Shown here in pieces: positions 26,823-38,880 of a stretch of DNA of 64,000 bases (positions are counted from its first letter, which is position 1; each line of letters begins with the position of its first letter). The position numbers and the translations under genes are program-made. A model generated the notes under the pieces. That model searched no databases and had not been told where the DNA came from. It saw only the letters and a list, made by a program, of their open reading frames with translations. The DNA lies in NCBI GenBank assembly GCA_024704765.1, contig JAKMXF010000332.1, positions 797,995 through 861,994 on the forward strand, written 5' to 3'. This DNA comes from Oopsacas minuta. Its lineage: Eukaryota; Animalia; Porifera.

Positions 26823-29450
26823 ATGCCCAACACGTGTTTTGCACCAGATTGTACCAGTAGCTACAACACGAAAGACAGAATATCTATCCACAGAAGCGTG
26901 AAGAACTGAGGCATGCTTGGCTACGAGCTCTACACTGAGGTGATATAGACGAACTGAAAGTTGTGTACCCGTGCTCCAAACATTTTAAAGAGGTTGAAGT
27001 CGAGACCAGACACAGAGTGCCATTGGAAACAGAACTTACTAAGAGATACCGCGCAGCCGTCCAAAGCTGGAAGATGGAGCTGTACCAATTATACTACCAG
27101 GATGTCCTTTTTACTATCCAACTTACTCCTCTGCCAAACGCAGCCGTCTCTCTCCAGAGGGCAACGATGACGAACTTCTAAATAAAGCTGTTTCAGTCAG
27201 CCTAGAGTCAGGAATAGAAGAGAAAGAGAAGTTGAAGATTTATAGTTTCCAAGATTTACTAGTTAAGTTACCTTTTCTTTAAGTTGATAATATATGGTTT
27301 ATATGGTATCCGAACGAATATACATTAGTTTTTATTCGTCCTCGTTTCGATAATTGCAACATTGAAGTGAATGCGTACATATCACTAGAATTAGACTTGT
27401 CCATCAACTAGTATCATAATGGAGAAAGTTTCCCAACTCTATGTTGTGATATTCGACATATTGAAACGGTTTTAGCGATATTTGGGTTTATCAACAGCGT
27501 GAACAACATAGGAGGTATTCCCAATAATTCTGATAACGAATCTCATATTGCAACTGCTAAAAGCCATATCCAATAGGTCATTGATAATATGTAGGATTCT
27601 GAAACTAGTGATGACTTAATTCCTTCCCCAGGTTTCTAGGGTCCAGTTTGTTCTTTGCCAGCTCCAGAACAGTCTTATCCAAAAATAAACGAAGATATAA
27701 CGTACTGATACAGAATTTGTCCCTCATAACATATATCATCTCCCAACAAGCCTATCATCATCTTCAGAGTACAATACATTACAAAAGATATATTCATCTA
27801 TGGGTCTTGAAAAGGAATCCTTCACGCATCTTAAGCAATCTATACTAGCGTTTTCTTCAGATCAAAGGCAGGTCATTATACAAATAGTTAAAATTCACGT
27901 GGAATCAGATATTTCTTATGAAGGAAGATTGTTTGCTTTTCATCTAGATTCAGATGATACTACCAAGACTGTCTTCACTATAATGGTATCTACTCTTTTA
28001 AGAAGTGATCGTGTATCTTCCGTCAACTTAAATGTACTTCTGTATGTGCTGAGAAGTGATTCGACGCTATAGTATCTTGTATTAGTGATGTAGAAGATTG
28101 TGGTTATTCGTCAAAATTATCTGCACAGACAATTATCCTCTCAATGTGAAACATTTCAAATTGTTCTCTCCTAATCACAAACTGGAGACCCGAGTACCAA
28201 ATCCTCGTGATATATAGAAAAGTTTTTCTTCCGTTTGACTTTATCCCAAAAACTATTCGCAAATACTGATTAAACCAACAATGTGACAGTAAGCTCATTT
28301 CCTATCCTGATTTGAATAGTATATACATCGACTAGTGAGCGTAAATGTGTTAGGTTTCTTTTCGTGACATACGTATGCTAAATAATTCTTAGAGAGAGCT
28401 TAGCGAACTCCACATTTGACTTCTAAATCATGTTATCCTTCCAATCTTGAACGTCAAAATGTGAAATTAGTTCTGGAGGTTGTTCATGATCCACCATTGC
28501 TGCCTTAACCATCCAGAAAGAGAAACGTCCTCCTGCACTTAAGTTCAACACTTCTGATTTCGTTGGAATTCTACTATCTCTATGGAAGATTATCAATGAT
28601 AAAACTCCCTTCAAATATACTCGCTTAAATGACCCATTGTCTAAACCAGTAACATAGAATGATGACTGCTTAATCTTCCTGACTCCGATTGTCTAATGGG
28701 TTTTGGCTTGCCAGTCACTCCCTGAAAAAGGTGGCAAAATAAGCAAGCAAACATTCACCAGATTCAAACATGCTTGTCTCGTGTTACAACAGATTGCAAA
28801 TTCTCTAACCAAGAAGGGGGCTTTTCATATCGATTAACATCTTTTGTAGACACCAATCCATGGGAACACCATTTTTGGACTATAAATTATGATGACCTGA
28901 ACAAATTATTATATATCATACCTTCAGATACTAGAATCAGAGCGCAGCCTCAAAGTATCCAATATTGTGAGCCTATTTATCAGTCAGACTGTTTCTAGTA
29001 CCTCTTTACAATATTTCATTGGATCTTTCTCATCATTAGAGAATCCAGATTCTAGCAATTAAGTGAAACAAGATCCTTTCTTCAAAATCATTATTGATTT
29101 ATCCATGAATATCGTAATAGATGCCAAGGATTGTCAATTATGGAGAGAACAATGTTCATCCTGTGGTACAAGTGGTATGTTTACCCTTTAGAAGCTTTTA
29201 GTCGTAGCTGGGAATTGTTTTTTAGCAAATAAAGTTAAAAGTTGCAATCAATGGGGATTTCCAAAGGTACCAAAAAGCGAAAGTTGAAACTTAATCAATT
29301 TACTAGTTAGAATATATAGTCTTATTTGCATTTTTTGGTTAAATGAGTACAAGAAATAATTATCGGCTTGAGAAGAGTTTCGCATTCTGGTGTTCAATAA
29401 TGTCGGCTTCTCGCAAACTGGTGTTCAGCGGTCTATGATTACCTTTGATG
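26823..29450 (+). pseudogene. Near full-length decayed P-element/THAP9-like transposase
   Basis: MPNTCFAPDC...AWLRALH*GDIDELK..CSKHF...GAVPIILPGCP (THAP); IHVESDISYEG; LTSKSCYPSNLERQNVKLVL (~28415); GKISKQTF; NYYISYLQILESERSLK (~28900). Confidence 0.85.
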
Positions 29451-29474
29451 AAGCGAAATTCTTGCATCTATTAG

Positions 29475-29596
29475 AAATGTTTCCCAAAGTTGGACCCCAG
29501 GTAGTGATAGGGGCTCCATGGGAAGTATTATGGTTAATGGGAGGGTCCACAGAATTTCGATAAAGGGTCCATAGCCAAAAAGGTTGGGAAACACTG
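29475..29596. mobile_element. Small hAT/Charlie-type MITE with degenerate left end
   Basis: Left atgtttcccaaagttgg, right ggttgggaaacactg; candidate 8-bp flanks TATTAGAA and TACTAGAA. Confidence 0.5.
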
Positions 29597-30999
29597 TACT
29601 AGAATGTACTGATATTGACCTTAACTTGTAGTATTCTAGTTGCCCACTATATAGTTTTCTTTGTAATTATTTTCCTCATAATATCACTACCTGTATTATA
29701 GTATGTTTGTATGATAAAGTGTATGAACTATACAAACTTAAGTACAAGGGAAATAATTGAAACAATATATTTTAGAATGCTTACAAATCACAAAGGCACT
29801 AAATTATCTCATAACAGCTTACGCCTGCAATTATTCGCGACGATCGGGTGACCCATCCCTGGTCCAAAATCCACATGTTGCTGTTGGGTATTATGTAGAG
29901 TAGGCTATGAATCAACTAATTAGGAAAATATCTTACACATGAAGGAGATACCGCTTCCTAAGACCCAAATAAAAAACATAACTGATAAGAATTTTATCGC
30001 GTTTTCTGAGCGTCTTACTGAATTTTCTAATAAATTATACAAATCAATCGTACGCCGCAAATGATCGTCGAATATTTTCAAATCAATATTCAATATGTAT
30101 ATATACTATTATTAAACATTACCATAGAAACCGAACAGTGAGCACCTAGGTAGAAATAGGGTAGTTTTAACACGTATCACAAAAATTATTTGGATTCCCA
30201 ATATAATGAAGTATAGGAATCCAAATTTGTGAAATCAAGGTAGGAAGGTATATGAATTATTCGCCCTAAATGGAATGCAAATGTATCCGGGTCAAATTAG
30301 CACTATTCATTTCAAAAACCTCAATACTTACATTAGGGATTTCTTAAGATTCATGACTAATTACTGAAACTGTCACTTAGTATGGCATTGTACATAGATA
30401 CGATGAAAGTATCAATAAAACAAACTCTCTGAGAAGTCATATATTTATGAAATTTCTAAGAAAATTTTAAGGAATTTTAGTACGGTTCGGGCCTAAACAT
30501 TGGACAAATTAACTCAGAAACATATAGTGTCTCCTCCATGGATCTTAGTTGTTAAAATTATAACCATCAAAATACTAGAATTTAAGCAAATTTCCAGGGG
30601 CGCGTGAGTGCGGGACTGGAGGCGCCTAACAATTCATGCCTACTGCAGTTGTCATTTTTCAATGATTCCATATATATTAAAAAAATAAATTAGATTTGGA
30701 AGAAATGGGCTAAATATTAATCATGTTGGATAGCGCAATAGTTTAGAATGTATCTAAATTACTTCTGTAAATTCAGTATACCTTAGTAAGGTTAGCCAGG
30801 GATTCAAAATTTAACTATAATATCCTCAGAAGTATTAAGATGCAGACAAGCACAAACAATACGGTATTTCATCATAGATCATTATATTTTACCGAGTTTC
30901 GATCACAAACTAAATAACAAAAAATATTCGTATCTAACAATGTCATAACATTTTGCAAAAGTTCGCATGCAATACTTGAATGGAAACTTCTCCAAATGT

Positions 31000-31800
31000 C
31001 CTATAAATAGGATTATTCGAAATATTTATCCTAACTTCAATATATCTTATTAGCTCATGGATGACCAATATTAATATATATTACACAGGTCGACTAAATT
31101 TAGCTCTCATCAAGAATGAAAAATACCTTCTCCGAACAAATTTTATATGCTGATTCCGATTCTAAAGTCCAAATTGCTGTATCACGTGACAAACTCACAC
31201 TATTGGATCTTTGATATGTATTTTTAAATTTGGGATAAATGTTGATATTTGAAATATTTGAGAACGATAGTGTATTTATGCGTAAAGATCTCTGCAGATC
31301 CGAAACTGCAAATTATGTTAAGGAAATCAAGAAATAGGCATAATAATGGAACAAAGAACAAACCAAATATTTACTATTGAGTTGAATTAACATTTTCAGC
31401 CACAAAGAGCACTTTTTAGATCTAATTGAGACACAAACGCACTAAAGAAAGAGAATTCATGCAAGTTGTTGATAATGAGATTGATATACAAAAACGCTTT
31501 GTCCAAATTTCAGCAAATTGCATTTTACATGATGACTAACGTAAAATTGTGACGTACTGTAGTAAATTGAGCTTCATATTCCAATTTATCAAATTTGATA
31601 CAAAACATTTGTAAAATAGCAGATGAATATACATTGTTGACTTTCAAACCAACATCATCATATCAGTTAAATTGCTTTAAAATCATGCCAAATTCATGAA
31701 ATCCGATTCAAATTTCATTTTTATACTTCCAATCAATTTTTTACCACCAGTTTACTATAGATAGATAATATAATCCCATTTAAATAAATTGAAAATTCAC
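31000..31800 (-). repeat. Second copy of the unclassified repeat seen at 11380-12100
   Basis: Reverse complement contains tactacagtacgtcacaattttac (~31560) and ggactttagaatcggaatcagc (~31150). Confidence 0.45.
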
Positions 31801-32551
31801 TACTATTTCGGCAAAACTGCAGCTGGTCACATCGACGCTCAGGTATTTTTTTAGCGGGATATGCTGGATATGACAAAATCTGACCTCACTCTCGCCCTTC
31901 CTCAGGAGTGAAATGACCTTTTTGGTTCAAATTTATGAACCGTGGTTTGAGGGTGTTAATACAGTGCTACAATTACCCGCTCCTATTATGAATAATTTGA
32001 AAGTATAACAATTGGATTACACACTTACTGTGAATATTTGTTATTAATTAGGTCAAATAAGTAAACAAATTCTAAATAGTTTCAGAAACTAGGTTTTAAC
32101 GGTCAGACTGAGGTAATTGAATTTAAACCCTTTATAACTTAGTGGAACCTATCACAATATGTATAATTGTTGCAAATGGTAGATAGTGGCGCAATGTATC
32201 ATGAGTTGAAAATACTCAGCAATCAGCATGATCATTGAGGATCAAAATAGGAAGCTTGTACACTAAGGTTTCCAAATACGTAGAATGCAAATTAGACATG
32301 GGGTATACTCCAAATCTCACAGATTTGCTGTATTTACCACTCAAGAATATACGAGATTGGTAGTATTTGTACGCAATTTAAGCAACGGCTGAGTAATTTG
32401 GTTCAGGCAGGGGATATAGAGAATTAATTAGGATCAGTAAAAAACACATAATTGAGCTGACGAAAAATACATTAGATTGATCTTGCTTGAATAGAAATAT
32501 GCAAATGAGGGGCCAAAAAGGGTAGCAATCAGAAAACATATTAATCAATAC

Positions 32552-32837
32552 CTTTAAAAGTAGTTTTCTCCAAAAACCAAGGCAGCGCACCACAGTGATC
32601 CAAATGGAAATGACTTATCAACAGTATGTCGATATCTTCAGCATCAGTATCTTCAGTATATGGGAGAGATTCGATTCCAGATAATCCGGGGTGAATTCCA
32701 CAATCTAACATTATTTTCTTTCCTTTGAAATGTAGTAAAATACAGGATCGACCAACTTCTTGACCGGCTCCAAGGGGAGTTATAGTAAGAATATCATTCT
32801 CTTCATTAGTATCAATATCAAATTTATTTGTATTCAT
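32552..32837 (-). CDS. CPSF3: First coding exon of cleavage and polyadenylation specificity factor 73 (CPSF3/Ysh1)
   Basis: [45 protein letters not shown] (metallo-beta-lactamase HxHxDH). GQEV, GIHPG and LPWF distinguish it from INTS11. Phase-1 donor AAAG|GTATTG at 32551; acceptor-like TTTTTTCAG 2 nt before the ATG. Confidence 0.93.
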
Positions 32838-33134
32838 AGCTGAAAAAATGGATGTATGGAAAGTATAGAATAAGCGCTCACTCGTCAGGTATCAATCTCT
32901 GAAAAAAATATACCTTGGTCAACTTTAGATGGCCAGGGTGACAATAAAGTTCTAAGAGCAAAGGAAGTTCAAAAGTAATGATAGAGGTCAATCATAATCT
33001 TGACCTTTAGAATGGACTCTTATAAATTTAGTCCCAGGAAATTAGACTGGATTGATGACACCATCTCATTGATTCATATTATAAACTTATTACTTTGTAT
33101 ATACAAGCCAAATATCTATCACATTTAGTTACTG

Positions 33135-33345
33135 AATGTAAGCGGTATCTACCATTTCAGAGAAGAGGACATTGTGAAGAATATCAACAATTTCGATGGA
33201 GTGGAAAGGAAAGCCCCGAGAGAAGATGGCCCTATTGGAGAAAGCGGTTCCAACCATATTTCCCGAATGCCCAAGTCACATGACAGACAAAGCATGGAGC
33301 CAGAGACTAGAACAAAAGGAAGAAGAGATGCTACAGAACGAACTT
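33135..33345 (+). pseudogene. THAP-domain C-terminal fragment of a P-like element
   Basis: YHFREEDIVKNINNFDG...KAVPTIFPECPSHMTD parallels HHFHKEDIERTIQFFDG...AVPNIFPNCPSYLTD at 24900-25035. Confidence 0.75.
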
Positions 33346-33794
33346 ATGATCACCAGAGTTGATTAGAGAAATACGCTTGTTAAATTCTTAGTTCATAACT
33401 TTCAGTACTTGTTAAATAAATTAGATTTACTTGATGTATACAATGGTTGGACTATCAAAGATAATAAATATAAATCATTATTTTATGTAAAATAGTCATA
33501 TCAGGTCAGACATCGTACATTAAAAGGACACTAAAAATTGACGAGAATTAAATACTCATGCGTTAGATATGGGAAAACACTTAATCCGGGTATCAGTATC
33601 CAAGATTGATGACATACGTGAAATTGAGACCATTATAGATGAAATAGAACTTTATAAATTACAACTGCAAATTCCCAAAGCTAGCACTTTAGTACAAACT
33701 TATGTAGGAATCGCGATAAAATGAAATAAACTGCACAAATTCCTCTATTAACAAACATGTTCGATATATTTAGTGAGTTATTTAAAAGTGAGTA

Positions 33795-33804
33795 GCGCAT
33801 GCGC
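33795..33804. promoter_or_regulatory. GCGCATGCGC palindrome (NRF1-type core) in the left TIR
   Basis: Centre of a perfect 16-bp palindrome gtagcgcatgcgctac (33792-33807). Confidence 0.8.
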
Positions 33805-34028
33805 TACATTAATATATAATTGGAATTTTGGAAAAAAGTAGGCTCTCAAAATACATCCTATTATAGTGTAATTAAATCCGCAGGAACTGATATTAATTTT
33901 TGAGTTTTGTTACTTATTTCTACTTCCTTTATTAGCAAAATCCCTAAATATGTTTCTCAATTAACTTTATACTTTACTCAATCAGTGTTTCCTCTTGATT
34001 TCCCATTCTGTACCCTTGAGTAGCCAAA

Positions 34029-35744
34029 ATGCCAAAGATCCCCAAATTGACAAAGAATAATGCTATAATGGTACTGACAGACATATTATCTGAGTTTCGT
34101 TCAGTAACAGGTGAATATACCGGAGCTGTATTTTCATGGCATGGAAAGCTTGGCTCTTTGGGTCCAGAAAAATTTCAAAGCTATATCACTGGGAATAGCG
34201 CTGAAATATCAAGAACTCTACTGACTAACCAAATATCTACAATTACGTCGGCGTCATCAAAGCCTGTCCGTGATCACGAAATCCTCAAGCTATTAGATGG
34301 AGATATATCTAGCTATAATGTACAGGGACTGCGAAGACTTGTTTCTGCGATTATAAAAGTGTCAACTGGTAAGTCAACGGTGTGAATTTATATAATTATA
34401 TGGGTCACTGATTATATATCTCTGTATTTTAGGGAAAGGTATGTTTTTTTGGAATGATCCTTCTCTCAAACCACCTTTTTGGCCCGAAAGAGTCCCTTTC
34501 GAAAACAGAAAAAGCGCATGTAAGATTCATCTGCGTATGATAATAGAATCATATAAGGATTACTCTATGAAAGCGCGAGTTTCAGTTCGCCCTCAATCTC
34601 AGAAGTCTCCAAGCTCTTCTCAAGCATCGCGACATGATATCTACCGTGACCGATCTAGATCTCCTCTTGATTTCGCTAGAGATGTAATACACCAAGAATC
34701 TGATGTAGATACTAGTGATGATTCCTTCGATGAGCTTTTTCAGCAACCCGTTATCGCTTCGAACAAACCTATTTCAGATCCTCAAACACCTACCCAACTT
34801 CCAGTCTGGTGACATTACTCGGAGTTAAGCCATTGGATCCTATCCAAATAATCACTCTTCCCATTAGTTTAAATGAGAAAAACTTGTCAATTTCTGAATT
34901 GTCAAGTCGTAATACTTTCCTAACAGGCACCACCATTAATGCATTCTGTGTAAGTTTATTATACATTGAAATTCAATCCGTTTTGTTAGCAAATATTCTC
35001 ATACCATATATGTATTTGTAGACATTACTGAAGAAGAATTTCCCCCATTTACAGGGACTTCAGGATACTATTCTCTTCGAAGTGAGTTTCTCGGTTCAAA
35101 TTTTTGAATTTTAAATCAATATTTGATATTCAATTAATTCTTAGAATCGTCAATTCGTCAAAGCTCCTCGTCCTAGTATGCAGCTGCATCACGATGGCGC
35201 ACTTCACTGGGTTTGCTCCAGTATTGATGTTGAAGGGCATGTAACTTTATATGATTCGCTATCTACTGGGAGAATATCTGATGAATTAGCTGTGCAATTG
35301 GCCTTTCTATATGAGAATGATGCTGATCATGAGCTGAAAGTCGCCCTTGCTCCTATTCAGCAGCAAAGAGGTGGGGCGGATTGTGGTTTATTTGCAGCGG
35401 CAGTCTGTTTGACAATAGCAACGGGAGGCGACCCAACCCAAGTATACTGGAAACAGTCAAGAATGAGATCTTACCTAACTGATTGTTTCAACAGCGAAAT
35501 TTTGATACCCTTTCCTAAGATAGAAAGCATAGTATTACGATCTCGCCTGACTACAAATCTAGGGACATATTTAAAGATAAAGTTATGGTGTTTATGTCAT
35601 CTACCCAGTTGCGCGTCAAAAAATATGATTGAATGTCCCAAATGTCTTAAATGGTTCCACAAACCATGTGTAGGACTTGAAGATATTGACAAAGACATCG
35701 ATAACTTTTATTGTCACAATTGTCGTGAGTCTCCTAACATATAA
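34029..35744 (+). CDS. Transposon accessory gene: NRF1/EWG-like DNA-binding domain, S/P/Q-rich linker, Ulp1-like C48 protease, PHD finger (4 exons, one frame break)
   Basis: Predicted exons 34029-34368, 34433-34949, 35022-35081 and 35145-35744, separated by GT-AG introns of 64, 72 and 63 nt that preserve frame. One frame break near 34770-34810. Motifs: IKVSTG|KGMFFWNDPSLKPPFWPERVPFEN; LHWV...YDSL...QQQRGGADCGLF; CLC...MIECPKCLKWFHKPC...YCHNC. Confidence 0.85.
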
Positions 35745-35751
35745 ACTATTT

Positions 35752-38700
35752 TCATATATTATTATTTTGTGATAGAATATGTAGATTCAAACATGCTAGA
35801 AAATATCTTGTAGTGAAGAATACATTATCAATACGCATATATGCGATTTGTGTTGCTATCCTTCTTAGTGATGAAAACAACTGCTCGCAAATTTGTGAGT
35901 TTAGCTTTTTCATCTCGTCAGTCTGAATTGATCTGAAAGAATAAGAGGGATTGCACTTGTGGTTTGTAGAATGGAATCGATCAATCAGAAATGTTGTCTT
36001 ACGAAATACTTTGGGTCCCTATATAAAAAATCACGAATTAATTTCTATTTGAAATCTCGATTATTTATCATTTATACCCAATTTGTTATGTGCACTTACC
36101 TTTTCATACATGTTTTGTGTAAGTTGCAAGCATTATCGTAGATGATCACTTTTGGCTGTTCTCTGAATATGGTCATTAACAAATTATAAATTACAACTGT
36201 AGATTCGTGTTGTCTGAGGATTTGGAAACCATAACAAATCCTGTGCTTACAAGCGATTGCTACTATTCCGGGGGAAAACCTTTTGTGAGTTGGAAACTTT
36301 TTGAGACACGGTTCAGCTGACTCAACTTCAGGATTTTCGTATACTGGCAACCTGTACAATTATAGTAGAATGGTAAAATATAAAAAAAGTTGAATAGCAT
36401 TTAGTATTTTCAGTATAAACACAATTACAAGTTTGAACTTACATGTAGTTTGTTGTGAATGCTGGGAAATAATTGTAATAGTTTTCGCTTTGTGGAGAAT
36501 ATTTCTACTAATTTTCTTGACGTTCTACTAAATAAACTCTCTATTTGTGTCAGGATTCTTTTCAACAGCGGGAAAACTTTGGGATGTAAAGTGACAAACC
36601 CTGTGCATGTGATATCTTTATTAGGTTTGATAGAATTGAATAAGATATCCAATGTATACATCTTCTGATATAATGAATTAAAGGAATCTTCACTTGCTGA
36701 TTTTCCATTGGCAAGAAGAGCTATTGCTTTTCGTTCATTCGGTTCCAGCAGAGAGAATTGGAATACTCCTGATATTGGATCTGTATGGCAAAGGAGTTTT
36801 ATGACTTTCTTAACGTGTATATATTCTTCACTTATAGTCACTAAATTTTCTGTTAAATATAATCAGCCATTTCTTTATGAATAGACTTCAATAGGTCTTT
36901 TAGCGTATTTTCTGTCAAACCTTCAGAACAGAATTTAAGGAGTTGCTTTCTAATTGCTGTGTTGGGGATAAAAACACGATCTGAAAATGGGATCATAGGG
37001 TATTACTGATCCTGATCGAATTTTGCATCCACTTCTGGTACTGATTTCATTGTTCCCATCGCTATGCCATCTAAAATTATCACATCGGGATGATTTTTAC
37101 ACTTTGTACATATGTAGTTCGAGTCATAATCTATGTCTACTGTTCTCAGATAGGCGTTCCATACCTGATAAACAATGTGATAATGGAATGTATTCGTTCT
37201 ACCCATTCTGATAAGCTTCCTGTTCTTGGCACTAAAGAGTAAAACGAAGAATTAGATTGTATGTATATAGGAATTTTAATTTATCAAGAATATTATTTTA
37301 AACAATACATACCTCAAGTAACCGTACAAAGTATTTCTAGACATGGTCATCAACTCGCTATAATCATATAACAAACTGTAATGAACAAAGCACTTGTTGA
37401 TGTTTAACAGTAAACTGTTCTGACCTTCGAAGACTGCCAAACAATTGCAAGGTCCACTGCATCTTGAACTGTAAACTATATACTTACAATATAATTACTG
37501 AGTTACCAAGCACAGGCAAATTTAGGGAGGGGGTAAATTAGGACGAGTTGATTGCAATCGAATGAACAATCTTATATGTAGACCAAATAATTATTGAAAT
37601 TCCTTATAATTGCAAAGACTTGTTTTCAACGGCTAAATACGTAGAAAAACCGATCATACTAAATTAATATTGCGACCGAGCGAATGGTTCATTGATGATA
37701 AATATATACCTTTGTAATCTTTGAATTCTTTAATATCATTTTCTAAATAGATAACTATTCCAACCTTCTCTAGTTTAAGCTTCTCCTCTTCATTGAATTT
37801 GAAACCATAGTCACAAAATTCCTTTTCAGGATACATGTTTAAAGGTAAATTGATGCCATGGCAGAGCTGATGGTTGTAAATTGCTATTTGGCTTTCATCT
37901 AGATTGAATGGTATTGCTCTTGTTGATATCGTGTTATATTCAAACTTTTTTTGTGTATTTGATCCAGTATTTTCGAGAATATTATGGAGTCTAGAATGTT
38001 GTTTGCACTTTGAAGAACAAGAACAACATAACCACCTATCATTATTTAATTGGAAGTTGTGAAAAGTATCATCTGTCAACAGAAAGATATCGTTAGGACT
38101 TGGGAAATAATATATTATGTCTTCTAGAATGTTTACTTCACAAACTTGCAAACAATCATTTTGTGAACAGAGTTCAAATGTTTGATAATGAGAACAAGTA
38201 TCACTATAACAATTAGCGCATAGATTGCTGTTTGTTTCAATTATGATTCTCCTTTTGTTTAGTACAACGGTTCCTTGAAATACAAAATGTTTAGTTATGG
38301 TAGTGAGAATAGTAAATGTACAGTAGACTCCGATTAATAGGGTCACTTGGGACCAGGCCATTTGACCCGATTAACCGAAATAAAGGTGTTGGGCACTACG
38401 AACCGGAGCAGAGAGACAAACATGCAAACAGACAACAATAATAGCGATAATAACGTAAATTTACCTTGAGAGTAATCATAATCTGCAATTATAACATATT
38501 CACTATCCTCTAACTTATGTATGTGAGACTTCAATATCAATAGTTTTACATACTGGTCAATTATAGGCATTTCTACTTGTTTCATTTCTGGTTCTGAGAA
38601 GCAATCAGGTTGACACTGATCTATGCGAAATATTATATTGAATCAACAAGCAACTAAAGTTTGCTTGAAAGCATAAGGAATTAAGAATATAATTATCACC

Positions 38701-38880
38701 TGGTTTTGACCATGTTGGTACATCTGATTCTATCAATTTTAATGATTCCCCTTCTGATAGGCATACTTTGTCGATGTCTAATGTGATGAAGCTGATATCT
38801 TCTTTCTCCGAGATTTTTCGTTTTTTTGGGTATATATTATCAGATCCAGTTTGTGAAGTTACTTTTTCAGCCATTTCCAA
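35752..38880 (-). pseudogene. Multi-exon KDZ transposase (SWIM-like and CxC cysteine clusters plus KDZ catalytic domain; HMGXB3 C-terminal-like), several lesions
   Basis: WLCCSCSSKCKQH; RCSGPCNC...LLN...YSLLYDY; CTKCKNHPDVIILDGIAMG; SPGIVAIACKHRICYGF; IIYDNACNLHKTCMKR; FLIDRFHSTNHKC; LNSQICEQLFS. Frame-consistent introns at 38621-38699 and 38396-38464, plus a GT-AG intron at 36019-36099. In-frame TAA at 37003-37005 and frameshifts near 36850, 36480 and 36000. Confidence 0.88.

Noticed and set aside
28423-28614. Minus-strand ORF considered as a CPSF3 downstream exon
   Set aside because: No CPSF3 similarity; it is antisense to the P-element ERQNVKL segment.
34029-38880. Host NRF1 and HMGXB3 genes
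   Set aside because: Both lie between TIRs, carry lesions and have a decayed paralogous pair nearby. No HMG box or NRF1 activation region was seen, and the NRF1-like domain is fused to Ulp1 and PHD.
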